Below are positions 12,089 through 22,888 of a stretch of 64,000 nucleotides of DNA, piece by piece. Numbering within the stretch: the stretch's first letter is position 1; each line of letters begins with the position of its first letter. Location of the stretch: the NCBI GenBank assembly GCA_963794955.1, contig CAWCGF010000014.1:11201-75200 (forward strand), in the 5' to 3' direction. The translations under genes were made by a program, and so were the position numbers. The notes below the pieces were generated by a model, which saw nothing but the letters and a program-made list of their open reading frames with translations, made no database searches and was not told where the DNA came from. The stretch comes from an uncultured Acidobacteriota bacterium. GTDB taxonomy: Bacteria; Acidobacteriota; Blastocatellia; RBC074.

Positions 12089-13066
12089 CTATTCAGAATA
12101 ACCTTGGGGATGCGCCAGATGCCATTTCCAAGCAGATTCGATGATCTTGTCCAACTCGCTATGCTGTGGCATCCAGCCTAGCTCCAAGGTCGCTTTGTCT
12201 GAATTGGCAATCAAGACAGGGGGATCGCCAGGGCGACGTTCGGCCCGTTCAGTGGGAATAGGACACCCCGTCACCTGTCGCGCCATCTCGACTACTTCGG
12301 CTACTGAGTAGCCGTTGCTATAACCCAGGTTATAAATGCGGCTGCGCTCTGCGATGACTTTGAGCGCCAGAATATGCGCGTCGGCCAGATCAATGACGTG
12401 AACGTAATCACGTACACAAGTGCCATCCGGGGTCGGGTAATCTTCGCCGAAAATATTTACGTGCGAGGACTTGCCCAACGCGACGCGCAGAATATTAGGA
12501 ATCAGGTGTGTTTCGGTAGCGTGGTCTTCGCCAAAGGCGGCACTAGCTCCGGCAGCATTGAAATAGCGCATACTGGCATAACGAATACCATACGCGAGGT
12601 CATACCATTTCAAAGCCCGCTCGAACGCTAACTTGGATTCTCCGTAAGGATTGACCGGCAACTGCGGTGTGTCTTCGGTGATGGGCATTTTCTCTGGCAT
12701 CCCATACGTCGCGCAGGTGGAAGAAAACACGATTTTCTTCACCTCTGCCTCACGCATGGCATCCAGTAAGGTCAGGCCGCCGACGAAATTATTGCTGAAG
12801 TATTTTTGCGGCGCTTGGACGGATTCGCCGACCAACGCATACGCCGCCATATGAATGACAGCTTCAATGTGGTGTGTACGAAACGTAGCAACCAATTTTT
12901 CTTTGTCTTGGATGAAGCCTTGGACGAAAACCGCAGCGGGGGCGATGGCGGCGCGATGTCCTAATTCCAAACTATCATAGACCACTGCGTGATGACCGTG
13001 GGCAAGCAATTGTTCGGTCATCACACTTCCAATATAACCGGCTCCTCCGGTTACCAGAATATTCAT
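12089..13066 (-). CDS. galE: UDP-glucose 4-epimerase
   Basis: TGGAGYIGS, YGESK, RYFNAAGA, DGTCVRDYVHV. Confidence 0.95.
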   Translation of the reverse strand: MNILVTGGAGYIGSVMTEQLLAHGHHAVVYDSLELGHRAAIAPAAVFVQGFIQDKEKLVATFRTHHIEAVIHMAAYALVGESVQAPQKYFSNNFVGGLTLLDAMREAEVKKIVFSSTCATYGMPEKMPITEDTPQLPVNPYGESKLAFERALKWYDLAYGIRYASMRYFNAAGASAAFGEDHATETHLIPNILRVALGKSSHVNIFGEDYPTPDGTCVRDYVHVIDLADAHILALKVIAERSRIYNLGYSNGYSVAEVVEMARQVTGCPIPTERAERRPGDPPVLIANSDKATLELGWMPQHSELDKIIESAWKWHLAHPQGYSE

Positions 13067-13181
13067 TTCCCTCTCCCTTTTGGACTCGTTTTTTTAAGGC
13101 GCGTAGTATCGCAGAAAACTTTTAGGAGCGAAATAGCGAGGCAGTATTCTTGCGCCTGATTGAAGCAGCCAAGGCAAAAAT

Positions 13182-13218
13182 AAAAACGGCAGTTAGTATT
13201 AGACCAACTGCCGTTTTT
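13182..13218. terminator. Intrinsic terminator of the pilN-pseudopilin operon
   Basis: aaaaacggcagtt ... aactgccgttttt stem with A/T tracts on both sides. Confidence 0.75.
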
Positions 13219-13241
13219 GCCGCATTTTTTTTGCTGGCGGC

Positions 13242-14129
13242 TTATTGTGGAGGGATCGGGACCATGTTCCGCGGACAGGTCGGGTCCGTGCTGCCTGGTG
13301 GGCAGCGACCGCCTTGCAACTTAGGCGCAGTATCCGGCACCGGTTCGGTGGGGGTACCGGGCGCTGCGCCTGGCCCGCCAATACCGCCGCCCGGTACCCC
13401 CATCCCCATGCGCATCAAAGGGGTTTGGATGCCCGGCACCATGAGGGCCTTATCATAGGTAGCAATACCGAAATACTCGCGGATCAAGGGCTTCTTGAAG
13501 GTGCTCACCACTCCCACTATCGGCCTGCTATCCGAATCACCACCGAGCGTGAACCCGGAAGCTAAGCCTTTGCCCTCGTCTTCTTTTCCTTCCTCATCCT
13601 TCTCATTCAGATTCGTGACATTCACGCCGGAATTCTGTGCCGCCCATAGCAAAAACTGCATCTGCTGCTGCATTTGTTGCTGCTGCGCCGCCGCCGCAGG
13701 CCCCGCCGTCAGCGCTGCCGCTTGTTGTTCCAGCATGGCTTTTTGATACGCGCGCAAAAACTGACCGATCAGCGGATCGCCTAGGCGCACAGGCTTCCAA
13801 TCTTTGCCCGTCATCGGATCAACCAGCGATGATTTGCGGATGAGGTGAATGGTTCGACCTTGCATGTTGAATTCGCTCAGGAGGTCTTCTAGTTTGGTCG
13901 GAAGATTTTGGGGCGCTAACCCGCCGCCTTTGACTTCAACATACTTGAGAATCGCCGCGCTGACATTCTGCGCCCGGAAAAACATTTCTTCTTCGTTTTC
14001 CCGTTGATTGGTAAATTGCGTAGTAGGCTTGGATAACATCGAAGCCAGCACCACTAACCCGATGGTCATGCCAACCAATAATGACAACATTGCATAACCA
14101 GATTCGTGTGTGTGTTTCGTGTTACTCAT
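13242..14129 (-). CDS. Pseudopilin/minor pilin-like protein
   Basis: Prepilin-like G|YAMLSLLVG N-terminus lacking E5, RENEEE and LPTKLEDL motifs; Gln/Pro-rich segments. Confidence 0.75.
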   Translation of the reverse strand: MSNTKHTHESGYAMLSLLVGMTIGLVVLASMLSKPTTQFTNQRENEEEMFFRAQNVSAAILKYVEVKGGGLAPQNLPTKLEDLLSEFNMQGRTIHLIRKSSLVDPMTGKDWKPVRLGDPLIGQFLRAYQKAMLEQQAAALTAGPAAAAQQQQMQQQMQFLLWAAQNSGVNVTNLNEKDEEGKEDEGKGLASGFTLGGDSDSRPIVGVVSTFKKPLIREYFGIATYDKALMVPGIQTPLMRMGMGVPGGGIGGPGAAPGTPTEPVPDTAPKLQGGRCPPGSTDPTCPRNMVPIPPQ

Positions 14130-14141
14130 ATTTCACCTCAA

Positions 14142-14229
14142 AAATGTACAGCAAACTGGCGACTTTGCTGCTGTTTCCCCAACGGACACCTGTTAAGTCG
14201 TCAGCAAACTGGCAAGTTTGCTGTACATT
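14142..14229. repeat. REPIN (inverted REP pair)
   Basis: aatgtacagcaaactggcgactttgctg ... cagcaaactggcaagtttgctgtacatt. Confidence 0.85.
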
Positions 14230-14237
14230 CGCAGTCG

Positions 14238-15077
14238 CTACCCGCCATCGCCGGTAAAGGGAATCCGATGTTTCACATTGATCGTGATGTCGAGGATTTC
14301 CAATTCAGCCGGAGTAATATTCGTGACCTGCCATCGGCTGCCGATTTGCTGGCCTTTCCGCACGTTCTTCAATTCGCTTTCGGATTCATCACGAATCACA
14401 GCCAGGCTCAACCCGTTTTTCACGATCAATCCCGTATACCGATAAGAAGGCAAAGGTGGTGCCGTAACATTTAAGATCACGCGATTCGAGTACCAATTCG
14501 TCGGATCGGCAGTGCTCTTCACTTCGACTTGTAATTGCCCCGGATTGGCAATGGTCGCCGCCGGAATAGTCAGTTTGAGTTGAGAATCACTCACCACTGT
14601 TGTGGGATACGGTGTGCCATTGATAAGCACGCGCGCATCCGCCGGAAGCTTTGCGCCATATACCGTCATCGCAAAATCAGCCGTCCGTGCGGTCACTTGA
14701 CTCGGTTGCAATCCGGCCAAGGTAATGGGCGGTGGCGGTGCAGGTGTTGGCGTGGGGGTAGGTTTTGGTGTTGGGACTGGTGTTGGCGTGGGATAGATAA
14801 AAATATTTCGACCAATCACAGGCGGAGCCGCGTCCCACAAGCCCCGCAATTCGAGCGGTTGGCTCACCAAAATCACCTCTGCCTTCGAGTTAACTTCAGG
14901 AGCTTTTAGCCCACCAACAGGCTGAAAGATGCCCGGCTTGGCTGCCGGCTTGGCCGTCGAGGAACTGGAGGAAGTTGAACTGTCAGAGAAAAACAGACTC
15001 CAGGAAACCGTAATCAGCGCTATTAACCCCAGCACTCCCGCTGCAATTTGTTTTTTCTTTTCCGCTGTCAGAGCCAT
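14238..15077 (-). CDS. PilP-position protein with IPT/TIG-like domain
   Basis: N-terminal TM, GRNIF, PTPT linker, Ig-like segment, YRYTG...VRKGQQIGSRWQV C-terminus. Confidence 0.65.
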   Translation of the reverse strand: MALTAEKKKQIAAGVLGLIALITVSWSLFFSDSSTSSSSSTAKPAAKPGIFQPVGGLKAPEVNSKAEVILVSQPLELRGLWDAAPPVIGRNIFIYPTPTPVPTPKPTPTPTPAPPPPITLAGLQPSQVTARTADFAMTVYGAKLPADARVLINGTPYPTTVVSDSQLKLTIPAATIANPGQLQVEVKSTADPTNWYSNRVILNVTAPPLPSYRYTGLIVKNGLSLAVIRDESESELKNVRKGQQIGSRWQVTNITPAELEILDITINVKHRIPFTGDGG

Positions 15078-15107
15078 AGAAAATTCCAGGTAATAAAATT
15101 CTGCGTC

Positions 15108-15943
15108 CTACCGTTGTGCTGGTGCATTTGCAGGCATCAGCTTCGGTTCATTTTCGCGCGAGAAATGGGTTTCCATTTCGATCTTGAGCGCCACCACAAT
15201 GCGCGCTGGCTCAGCGGGGCCGCCCTCCAGGCCCAGCGCTCCGCCCGGTTGTGCCAGTTGCCCTGGCCCGGCAGCGGGATTCATTGGTGCGCCAAGACCG
15301 GGAGTAACTTTGAATTTGCTGCGCTGCTTTTCGTCAATACTTTGCAGTGTGATGGTGCTGATGATGACGAAATTGCGGCTACGTTCGAGGGCCGAGATGA
15401 AGCGGCGCAAATCGGCGTAATCGCCTTCGACCGTGGTATCAATTCCTAAGCCTTCATACACGATGGGCAGCTTATCGCGGCGCGTAATCGGCGCGGGAGT
15501 CGGCGTTGTACCGGGACTCGCGCCCGGCTCGGTTCGCCGGGGAGCGGTTGCGGCGGATCGGTACGGAATGAAATATCGCCCGCTTTCACCCGATGCGCTT
15601 TGGCGATTTTGTTAACTTCATCAATGATCGCCGTGATGCCGGTTTTGCGATTGTGCAGCCGCGCCTCAAAGCTCTCCAGACTTTCCAGGATTTGATCCCG
15701 ATTTTTTAACTGCGTAGCTAATTCGCTTTGCTTCGCTGTTTTATCAAGGAGATTATTCTGCAAAGCCTTTTCTTTCGTTCGCAATTCGCTCAGACGTGAC
15801 CGGAGCGGCTGCGTGCTGTTGAGATAATAAAATGCGACGACACTCACAAAAATCACGGTTGCGGCTAACGCAACCCATTCCAGCGGGCTAAGACGAAAGC
15901 GGCGCAATAAATCCTGACTATTGGGCAAATGGAGCTTGATCAT
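15108..15943 (-). CDS. pilO: PilO/GspM-like protein, frameshifted near 15527
   Basis: Two ORFs join into TM-coiled coil-VEGDYADLRRFISALE if one base is restored. Confidence 0.75.
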
Positions 15944-16566
15944 TGCTTGGCTCCTCCCTGTGCTGCGACTTGGGTGAGTGAGGAAACCGAGTGTGAACCA
16001 GTCGCTTGCGGCGGCTGGTATTGCACTTCGAGTTGGAATTCATACTCTTCTGTGCCTTCGATCTGCTTTTGGGATTTCGGGAAAACGGAGAAACGACCTG
16101 ACTCATTCAAGCTCTTAATCATTGCGGTGACCTCGGTCGCACCTTTGCCGACGACGTCGAACGACAACGAAACCGTGTTGCCACTGGCGTCTTTACTCTG
16201 GCCAATCTGATCTACAGCAATGCGTGTAACTCGAATGGTCGTGGGAATGAAGCGTTCTAAATCATTCAGCAGTTGCGACCACGAGAAGCCTTTGCGGGCA
16301 ATCAAGTCCTGCGCCACGATGAGCGCCTGATTTTGGCCGATGGTCAGCGTAGAACCAGTGAAATCAACTGTCTCGCCGAGTTTGGCTTGGGCTTCTAACT
16401 TCTTCACCTTAGGTTCTAGCACCAGGATTTCCTGCTCCAACCCCGCTTTTGCGCCAAGAGTGCTCAGTCCGACCCAGGAGGACACGCCCATCACCAGCGC
16501 GAGCAAGAGCCAAAACAGTCGCCGATTGCGAAACGGCTCACTGGCAAGATTGATCAAAAGTTTCAT
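15940..16566 (-). CDS. pilN: PilN-domain protein
   Basis: INLASEPF N-terminus, TM, SWSQLLNDLERFIP. Confidence 0.85.
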   Translation of the reverse strand: MKLLINLASEPFRNRRLFWLLLALVMGVSSWVGLSTLGAKAGLEQEILVLEPKVKKLEAQAKLGETVDFTGSTLTIGQNQALIVAQDLIARKGFSWSQLLNDLERFIPTTIRVTRIAVDQIGQSKDASGNTVSLSFDVVGKGATEVTAMIKSLNESGRFSVFPKSQKQIEGTEEYEFQLEVQYQPPQATGSHSVSSLTQVAAQGGAKQ

Positions 16567-16944
16567 AATGGCTTGTAGGAATCGCTCTTCGTTTCAGGTA
16601 TCAGGTTTAGTATTCAATCACGTGGGGGGGCAACCAATGGATGCGGAATATAACACAATTTACAGCCCCGCTAACAGCTTAATGATTGAGTGTGTGTTTG
16701 ACGTTTGTACTGGATAGAAAAAGGAGGTGATCGTTCTCTATTCTGGAGTACCGACCACCTCACACAAACCACACACATTGTGCACACGTTATACCATAAA
16801 AAAGGTTCCAGGAAAAAATTGTTTTTCCGCTGCCGGGACGCCCGCTGGGTTTTCAAAATTCATTGATTTAGATAACAATGAGGTCGCATATCATCGGAGA
16901 ATTCGTCTGGACATTACGCCAACCGACTTAGTGAAAGAGGAACT

Positions 16945-18255
16945 ATGACCGACTGGAATCGCCGCCAATGGATCGCCACCGCCGCAGGTATTACCGGCCT
17001 TGCGGGAATTGAAGAAATGGCTTTGGCCTTTGATGCCCACGCCTTTGGGCAAAAGCGCAGTGGCGCGCCCAAAGCCCAAGCGCCGCGCAGCAAAATGAAA
17101 ATCAGCCTGTTCAAAGCAACCCTCGTCGCCTCGCCTGATTATGCTTTGCTTAATTCGTGGAATGTCCACGACACGCACTTCAAACGAACGATTCTGGAAA
17201 TCGAGACGGACGACGGCCACAAAGGCATCGCCGAAATCGGTGGCGCGCAGTTCGCCGACCTCGCAGCCGCGCGGGCAGCTGTGCTGGGGCGCGACCCTTT
17301 CGAGATTGAATACTTCCGCCGCCACATCAAAAACATTCATGCTTTTGGTGCGGTCGAAACTGCCTGTCTCGACCTCATCGGCAAAGCCATCAATCGCCGC
17401 GTGGTAGATTTGCTTGGTGGTGCCTATCGAGAAGCACAACCGTTTTCGGCCTACATCTTTTTCGTCATGCCCACCCCGAACGGCCCGGATTACTCTACGC
17501 CGGAGTCTGTTGCCAGGCAGTTTGTCGAATTCAATCAGAAATATGGCTTTACGTCCTGCAAGTTCAAAGGAGGCGTGCTGCATCCTGACAAAGAGATCGA
17601 AGCGTTGCAATTGATGCGCGAGAAAATGCCCAAGGCGAAACTGCGCATTGACCCGAACGCCGCGTGGAGCGTCGAAACTTCTGTGCGCGTGGCCAAAGCC
17701 ATTGAGCCGCTGGATATGGAATATTATGAAGACCCTACGCCGACGCTGGATGGAATGGCTGCCGTGCGCAGGCAAACCAGGATTCCGCTAGCCACCAATA
17801 TGGTCGTGACCCAAATGCAGCACATCAAACCGGCCATCCAGAAAGGCTCAATTGATATTGTGCTGCTGGACAATCATTACATGGGCGGGCTGAACAACGT
17901 GCGTTATTGGGCAGCGATTTGCGAAGCAATGGGTTGGGGCTGTTCGGGGCACAGCAATAACCATCTGGGCATTTCAATGGCGATTATGACGCACATGAAC
18001 TGCGCGATTTCCCGCGTCGGATATCACGCCGATTCACATTATCCCTGGACGACGCAGGACATCATCAAAGGGCCAATGCTGCAATTCAAAGACGGCCAGA
18101 TGGCCTTGCCAGATGCGCCGGGACTGGGTGTCGAAATTGATCCTGACAAGTTTGCTGTGCTGCGAGAGAATGTGAAGAAATTCAAAACGCGCCACGATTT
18201 GCTGAAGAAATGGGACCCGAATTATCCGCTGGATAATCACGTGATTCGCTGGTAA
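16945..18255 (+). CDS. Glucarate dehydratase-like enolase superfamily protein with Tat-like signal
   Basis: KFKGG, DPNAAW, YYEDP, ATNM, HSNNHLGIS; NRRQWI twin-arginine N-terminus. Confidence 0.85.
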   Translation: MTDWNRRQWIATAAGITGLAGIEEMALAFDAHAFGQKRSGAPKAQAPRSKMKISLFKATLVASPDYALLNSWNVHDTHFKRTILEIETDDGHKGIAEIGGAQFADLAAARAAVLGRDPFEIEYFRRHIKNIHAFGAVETACLDLIGKAINRRVVDLLGGAYREAQPFSAYIFFVMPTPNGPDYSTPESVARQFVEFNQKYGFTSCKFKGGVLHPDKEIEALQLMREKMPKAKLRIDPNAAWSVETSVRVAKAIEPLDMEYYEDPTPTLDGMAAVRRQTRIPLATNMVVTQMQHIKPAIQKGSIDIVLLDNHYMGGLNNVRYWAAICEAMGWGCSGHSNNHLGISMAIMTHMNCAISRVGYHADSHYPWTTQDIIKGPMLQFKDGQMALPDAPGLGVEIDPDKFAVLRENVKKFKTRHDLLKKWDPNYPLDNHVIRW

Positions 18256-18264
18256 GTGAACCCT

Positions 18265-18798
18265 TCATTGAGATTTTTTCGGACTCTTAAAAACCTCGTT
18301 CAAGTTGCAGCGAAAGCCGGGCAACAGGTCTTCGCAAACCAATTCGCTCTCCGGCGGAAATGCCATAATGTTAGTTGATGAACGATAGACCGTAATGGTC
18401 TGATTTTCAGGTGAAACGATCCACACGACTTTGACGCCAGCCGTCAAATATTCCATCGCTTTCGCGTGAACTTTTTCGTAAAAATCACTCGGCGAGATAA
18501 CTTCAATCGCCAAATCAGGAACGATTAGCCATTTTGTTTCCGGCTCGCCTTCGGGTGGAATACGTTCCGCCGAGATGAAGGCTATATCAGGAATACGTTC
18601 CTGGTTTCCGATTTGGAATGACCCCTCAGGATAAAGAAAACCTATCGGATTCGTCTTTAGGTAGAGAACCAACTCTGCCATTAACCTTCCGCAAATACCA
18701 CTATGTCTTGCTCCCGGCATTTCTTTTACCTCTGGCTCGCCGTTCACGAACTCGTAGTTTCGTTCCGGGTCAAGCGCCACCTCAGTTGTGCTTTGCAT
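18265..18798 (-). CDS. Uma2 family endonuclease-like protein
   Basis: PDIAFIS, PDLAIEVISPSD, EDLLPGF. Confidence 0.9.
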   Translation of the reverse strand: MQSTTEVALDPERNYEFVNGEPEVKEMPGARHSGICGRLMAELVLYLKTNPIGFLYPEGSFQIGNQERIPDIAFISAERIPPEGEPETKWLIVPDLAIEVISPSDFYEKVHAKAMEYLTAGVKVVWIVSPENQTITVYRSSTNIMAFPPESELVCEDLLPGFRCNLNEVFKSPKKSQ

Positions 18799-18810
18799 AA
18801 TTACTACTCC

Positions 18811-20532
18811 TTACAAATTCCCTTTCTTCGCCTCATCCACCAACCAATCACAGGCCCGGAGCGTAATCGCCATCATCGTCAGCGTAGGATTTTGGTAGCC
18901 TTGCGAGGTAAAACACGCGCCATCCGTTACGAACACATTACTGACATCCCAAAGCTGATTCCATTTATTGAGGACGGAGGTTTTCTTGTCAGTTCCCATC
19001 CGCGCTGTGCCAGTTTCGTGGATGCAGAAGCCGGGCGGCGCGGCTTCTTTCGATTCATTCAGAATCTGGAAGCCTGCGGCCTTCACCATCTCACTGGTCG
19101 TTTCGAGCATGTCTTTCATCATCGCGCGTTCGTTCTCGCCGTGCTTGGCATCAATGTGCAAGACGGGGATACCCCATTTATCCACTTTGGTAGGGTGAAC
19201 CGTCGCGCGGTTTTCCGCGCGCGGCAGCATTTCGCCCCAGCAATTCAACGAGAAAAACAACTCCTCTGGCGCTTCGCGGACTTGCCGCTTGAACTCAGCG
19301 CCAAAGCCCTGCGTATTTTTCGCCCGCGCATAGGAATAGCCCATTTTCACCCCGCCTTGCATGCCATAACCGCGCATGAAATCGGCATGCTTATCAAACA
19401 CATTGCGGAATTTCGGCACGTAAATACCATTGGCGCGCCCATCGGAGTAATCATATTCCTGCCCGCGCAACTGCGGCACGATACCATTCACCCCAATCGG
19501 AAAGACATGATCCATAATGTATCGCCCCAGCGCATCCGACGTATTGCCCAAGCCGTTGGGATGCTGGCGCGTTTTTGTATTCAGCAGAATGCGGGTGGAT
19601 TCCAGCGTCGAAGCGCATAACACGACGACCTTAGAAAGGAATTCGTAATCTTTCTTGGTACGTTGGTCAATCACACGCACGCCTTTGGCTTTGCCGGTGT
19701 TCGTATCAATCAGGATTTCGCGCACGACCGAATGCGGGCGCAAGGTCATCCGTCCTGTTTTCTGTGCCGCAGGCAAGGTCGAACCAGGGCTACTATAGTA
19801 GGAAGCTGTCGTACAGCCGCGATCACAATGCCCGCACCAATGACAGGCGGCGCGGCCTTGATGTTTCTGCGTCAAAATCGCCGCGCGTCCGATGATAACT
19901 TTGCGATTCTTGAAATTGCTCTCGACCCCTTTTTTCAGCAAATGTTCACCGCAGGTCATTTTCATCGCCGGGATAAATTTACTGTCCGGCAATTGCGGCA
20001 ATTTTTCATACGAGCCACTGATGCCAACGAAATCTTCGACGCGGTCGTAATAGGGTTCGAGGTCTTTGTAGCCAATCGGCCAGGGTTCGCCAAAGCCATC
20101 GCGTTCCGCCGCTTTGAATTCATAATCTGAGAGCCGATAGGACTGTCGCCCCCAGGTCAGCGAACGCCCGCCCACTTGCCGCCCGCGAATCCACCAGAAG
20201 GGTTTGTCATCCGGCGTGGTGTACGGATTATCAAAATCGTCAACGAACAAGTGCGCGCTATATTCATTGGCAGCATAGCAGCGACTCTGAATCGGTTGGC
20301 GCGGTGCATAAACTGAATTCGGGCCGCCCGGTTTCAGACCGCGATATTTCAGGTCAAAGGGGAACGCGTGTTCGGTAAAATCCTTCATTGGGTCAATATC
20401 ACGCCCCGCTTCCAGGACGAGGACTTTCATCCCGCGTTCGGTCAAGGCTTTGGCCGCCCAGCCGCCAGTTGCGCCGGAACCAACCACGATCGCGTCATAA
20501 ACTTGTCTGGTGCGTGTGCTTGCTCGTTGCAT
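18811..20532 (-). CDS. GMC family oxidoreductase
   Basis: GSGATGG FAD motif, [24 protein letters not shown]. Confidence 0.93.
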   Translation of the reverse strand: MQRASTRTRQVYDAIVVGSGATGGWAAKALTERGMKVLVLEAGRDIDPMKDFTEHAFPFDLKYRGLKPGGPNSVYAPRQPIQSRCYAANEYSAHLFVDDFDNPYTTPDDKPFWWIRGRQVGGRSLTWGRQSYRLSDYEFKAAERDGFGEPWPIGYKDLEPYYDRVEDFVGISGSYEKLPQLPDSKFIPAMKMTCGEHLLKKGVESNFKNRKVIIGRAAILTQKHQGRAACHWCGHCDRGCTTASYYSSPGSTLPAAQKTGRMTLRPHSVVREILIDTNTGKAKGVRVIDQRTKKDYEFLSKVVVLCASTLESTRILLNTKTRQHPNGLGNTSDALGRYIMDHVFPIGVNGIVPQLRGQEYDYSDGRANGIYVPKFRNVFDKHADFMRGYGMQGGVKMGYSYARAKNTQGFGAEFKRQVREAPEELFFSLNCWGEMLPRAENRATVHPTKVDKWGIPVLHIDAKHGENERAMMKDMLETTSEMVKAAGFQILNESKEAAPPGFCIHETGTARMGTDKKTSVLNKWNQLWDVSNVFVTDGACFTSQGYQNPTLTMMAITLRACDWLVDEAKKGNL

Positions 20533-20631
20533 TTGAGGTCTCCTACAAAAAATTGATTATAGCCGCTTATAGGCTGGCCTTGAAAGTACTAGAGCCAGGG
20601 CTCCAGTTCCTGTGGAAGGACAGCTATGAGG

Positions 20632-20862
20632 CTAGGTAAATAACACTTTGAAACTTTCGTGACGGGGCGACAGGGTCATGAGTTCCAACTTTCCTTGATC
20701 GTAGCTCAACCGGAAGCGGCTGTTCTCCTCCAGTTGGGACAGCAAATGCTCATATTCTTCCCACCGCACATTCGGCATAAAAAATCGACTACCGGGCGGC
20801 AAAGTAGCGATGACCTCCAGATGGTCTACAGTCAAAAGATGCTTGGCGGTCAGAACACTCAT
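20632..20862 (-). pseudogene. Truncated Uma2 family fragment
   Basis: WEEYEHLL...RLSYDQGKLELMTLSPRHE N-terminus stops after 76 aa, with no PD-(D/E)xK core. Confidence 0.7.
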
Positions 20863-21004
20863 AACAACTTCTTTCAAGGTTCGTTCGTAAAAGGCGCAAT
20901 GATTGGGTAAGGTATGCGTCACCTCCGACGTTGTCAATTTACCACTCACTTGAAGCGTAGCAAAATGCAATGCTATAAAGGCTCGCGTTTTATTTACCAA
21001 AGGG

Positions 21005-21094
21005 AAAAGTACAGCAAACTTTCTGGTTTGCTGCTGACTTCAGTGCGGATCATTGGTGGATACCACAGCAAACCAGAAAGTTTGCTGTACTTTT
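21005..21094. repeat. REPIN with perfect 29-bp arms
   Basis: aaaagtacagcaaactttctggtttgctg / cagcaaaccagaaagtttgctgtactttt. Confidence 0.9.
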
Positions 21095-21110
21095 TCAAAG
21101 GAGAGAGAGC

Positions 21111-21443
21111 ATGTCTGAGTTAGCAAACAAAACCTGTGTGCCATGTCGCGGTGGCATCCCGCCGCTCGGCAGCGCGGAAATTGCCACCTTGCAAGTTGAA
21201 CTCGCCGAGGGCTGGGAAGTGATCGCTGAGCATCACCTAAAAAAAGAATTCAAGTTCCCCGACTTTCGCACGGCCCTTGCCTTCACGAATCAAGTGGGCG
21301 AATTAGCCGAAGAACAAGGTCATCATCCTGACATTTATCTGGCCTGGGGCAGAGTCGAAATCACCATCTGGACGCATAAGATTGATGGCTTGCACGAAAG
21401 CGATTTCATCCTCGCCGCCAAAATTGACCGGCTGAGCGAATAG
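21111..21443 (+). CDS. Pterin-4a-carbinolamine dehydratase
   Basis: AEEQGHHPD, WTHKIDGLHESDFILAAK. Confidence 0.93.
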   Translation: MSELANKTCVPCRGGIPPLGSAEIATLQVELAEGWEVIAEHHLKKEFKFPDFRTALAFTNQVGELAEEQGHHPDIYLAWGRVEITIWTHKIDGLHESDFILAAKIDRLSE

Positions 21444-21477
21444 CATTTTGGATCACATCAACGATAAAGGAGCGAAT

Positions 21478-22365
21478 ATGGCAATTAAACACGTCGGTGT
21501 TTTAGGCGCTGGACTGATGGGGGCAGGCATTGCGCAAGTTGCGGCTGTCAGCGGCTACGAGGTCACGGTTCTCGAAGTGAACGAACAGATTCTGAACAAA
21601 GGTCTCAGCAGCATTGAGAAATCGCTGAGTAAGTTTGTCGAGAAAGGCTCGCTCACGACTGAGGCCAAAACCGCAACGATGGAGCGGTTGCATGGCACGA
21701 CCCAAATTGAAGATTTAGCCGCTGCGGACATCATCATCGAAGCCATCATCGAAAACCTTGATATTAAGCGCGAAACCTACGCGAAGCTAGATCAGCTTTG
21801 CCCGGCGCATACGATTTTCGCTTCCAATACATCTTCGCTTTCGATCACGGAAATGATGACGGCGACCAGTCACGAACGGCAACGCCGCTTTGTCGGGATG
21901 CACTTCTTCAATCCTGTCCCGCTGATGAAACTGGTCGAAGTCGTCCGAACCATCGTGACTGATGATGAAGCCTATGCCGAAGCCATCGCGCTCGGTCAGG
22001 CAATGGGCAAGACAGTCGTACAAACCAGCGACAAAACAGGCTTCATCGTCAATCGTCTGCTGGTGCCGTATATGCTTGATGCGATTCGTGTCTTTGAAGA
22101 AGGCTTGGCTTCAACAGTAGATATTGATAACGCGATGAAGCTGGGTTGCGGCTATCCGATGGGGCCGCTGACCTTGTCCGATTTCGTCGGACTGGACACA
22201 ACAATGTATATTGCCGACATCATGTTCAATGAGTTCAAGGAAAAACGTTTCGCCGCGCCGCCGTTGCTGAAACGGATGGTGCAAGCCGGATTACTTGGCC
22301 GTAAATCAGGCCGTGGCTTTTATGACTACAGCGACCCAAAGAATCCGCAGCCGGTAAAGCTCTAA
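21478..22365 (+). CDS. 3-hydroxybutyryl-CoA dehydrogenase
   Basis: GAGLMGAG, ASNTSS, GMHFFNP, GFIVNRLL, GRKSGRGFY. Confidence 0.95.
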   Translation: MAIKHVGVLGAGLMGAGIAQVAAVSGYEVTVLEVNEQILNKGLSSIEKSLSKFVEKGSLTTEAKTATMERLHGTTQIEDLAAADIIIEAIIENLDIKRETYAKLDQLCPAHTIFASNTSSLSITEMMTATSHERQRRFVGMHFFNPVPLMKLVEVVRTIVTDDEAYAEAIALGQAMGKTVVQTSDKTGFIVNRLLVPYMLDAIRVFEEGLASTVDIDNAMKLGCGYPMGPLTLSDFVGLDTTMYIADIMFNEFKEKRFAAPPLLKRMVQAGLLGRKSGRGFYDYSDPKNPQPVKL

Positions 22366-22427
22366 CCCAACATGATTCATTCTCCGCTTTCCTTGAACAA
22401 GGAACAGTGAAAAAAGGAGCAGGCTGT

Positions 22428-22781
22428 ATGGGCCAGAATATCATTGTCGAAAAATCATACGCTTTTGCGCTCAGAATCGTGCGTCTCTATCGCTATCTGT
22501 GCGATGAAAAGCACGAATATGTGCTGAGCAAGAAATTATTAGACGCTGGCACGAATATTGGAGCGCACGTCAAATCCGCGCAGGAAGCTGAAGGCAAAAC
22601 TGGCTTTGTGCAGGAGATGAGTCGCGCTTTGCAGTTTGCATCGCAAACAGAGTATTGGCTGCAACTTTTGTATGACGGCGAGTATCTTGATGAAAAAGAG
22701 TTTTCCTCAATTCATGCCGATTGTCTTGAATTGATAAGACTATTGACCTCCATCGTCAAATCGGCCAAAGGAATCAAATAA
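22428..22781 (+). CDS. Four-helix-bundle protein (Avd / 23S IVS-like fold family)
   Basis: KSYAFALRIV, GTNIGA...EA, TEYWLQLL, ELIRLLTSIVK. Confidence 0.9.
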   Translation: MGQNIIVEKSYAFALRIVRLYRYLCDEKHEYVLSKKLLDAGTNIGAHVKSAQEAEGKTGFVQEMSRALQFASQTEYWLQLLYDGEYLDEKEFSSIHADCLELIRLLTSIVKSAKGIK

Positions 22782-22791
22782 TTGTCTCGCA

Positions 22792-22888
22792 CATTGTTCA
22801 TTATCCCTTATCCACTGTCCATTGAATGCAAAAGGAAAAATTCTTTATCTGCATTCAATGGACAGTGGATAAGGGATAATGAACAATG
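22792..22888. repeat. Perfect 39-bp inverted repeat made of degenerate heptamers
   Basis: cattgtt cattatc ccttatc cactgtc cattgaa tgca (22792-22830) and its exact reverse complement (22850-22888). Confidence 0.95.

Noticed and set aside
16891-19620. Long shadow ORFs (16891-17775 on -, 18703-19620 on +, and similar elsewhere)
   Set aside because: They are antisense to well-supported genes and have no recognisable motifs.
18265-20862. Uma2 genes as a restriction or defence system
   Set aside because: No methylase or defence partners nearby, and one copy is truncated.
22428-22781. Diversity-generating retroelement (Avd-like gene)
   Set aside because: No reverse transcriptase and no TR/VR pair seen in the window.
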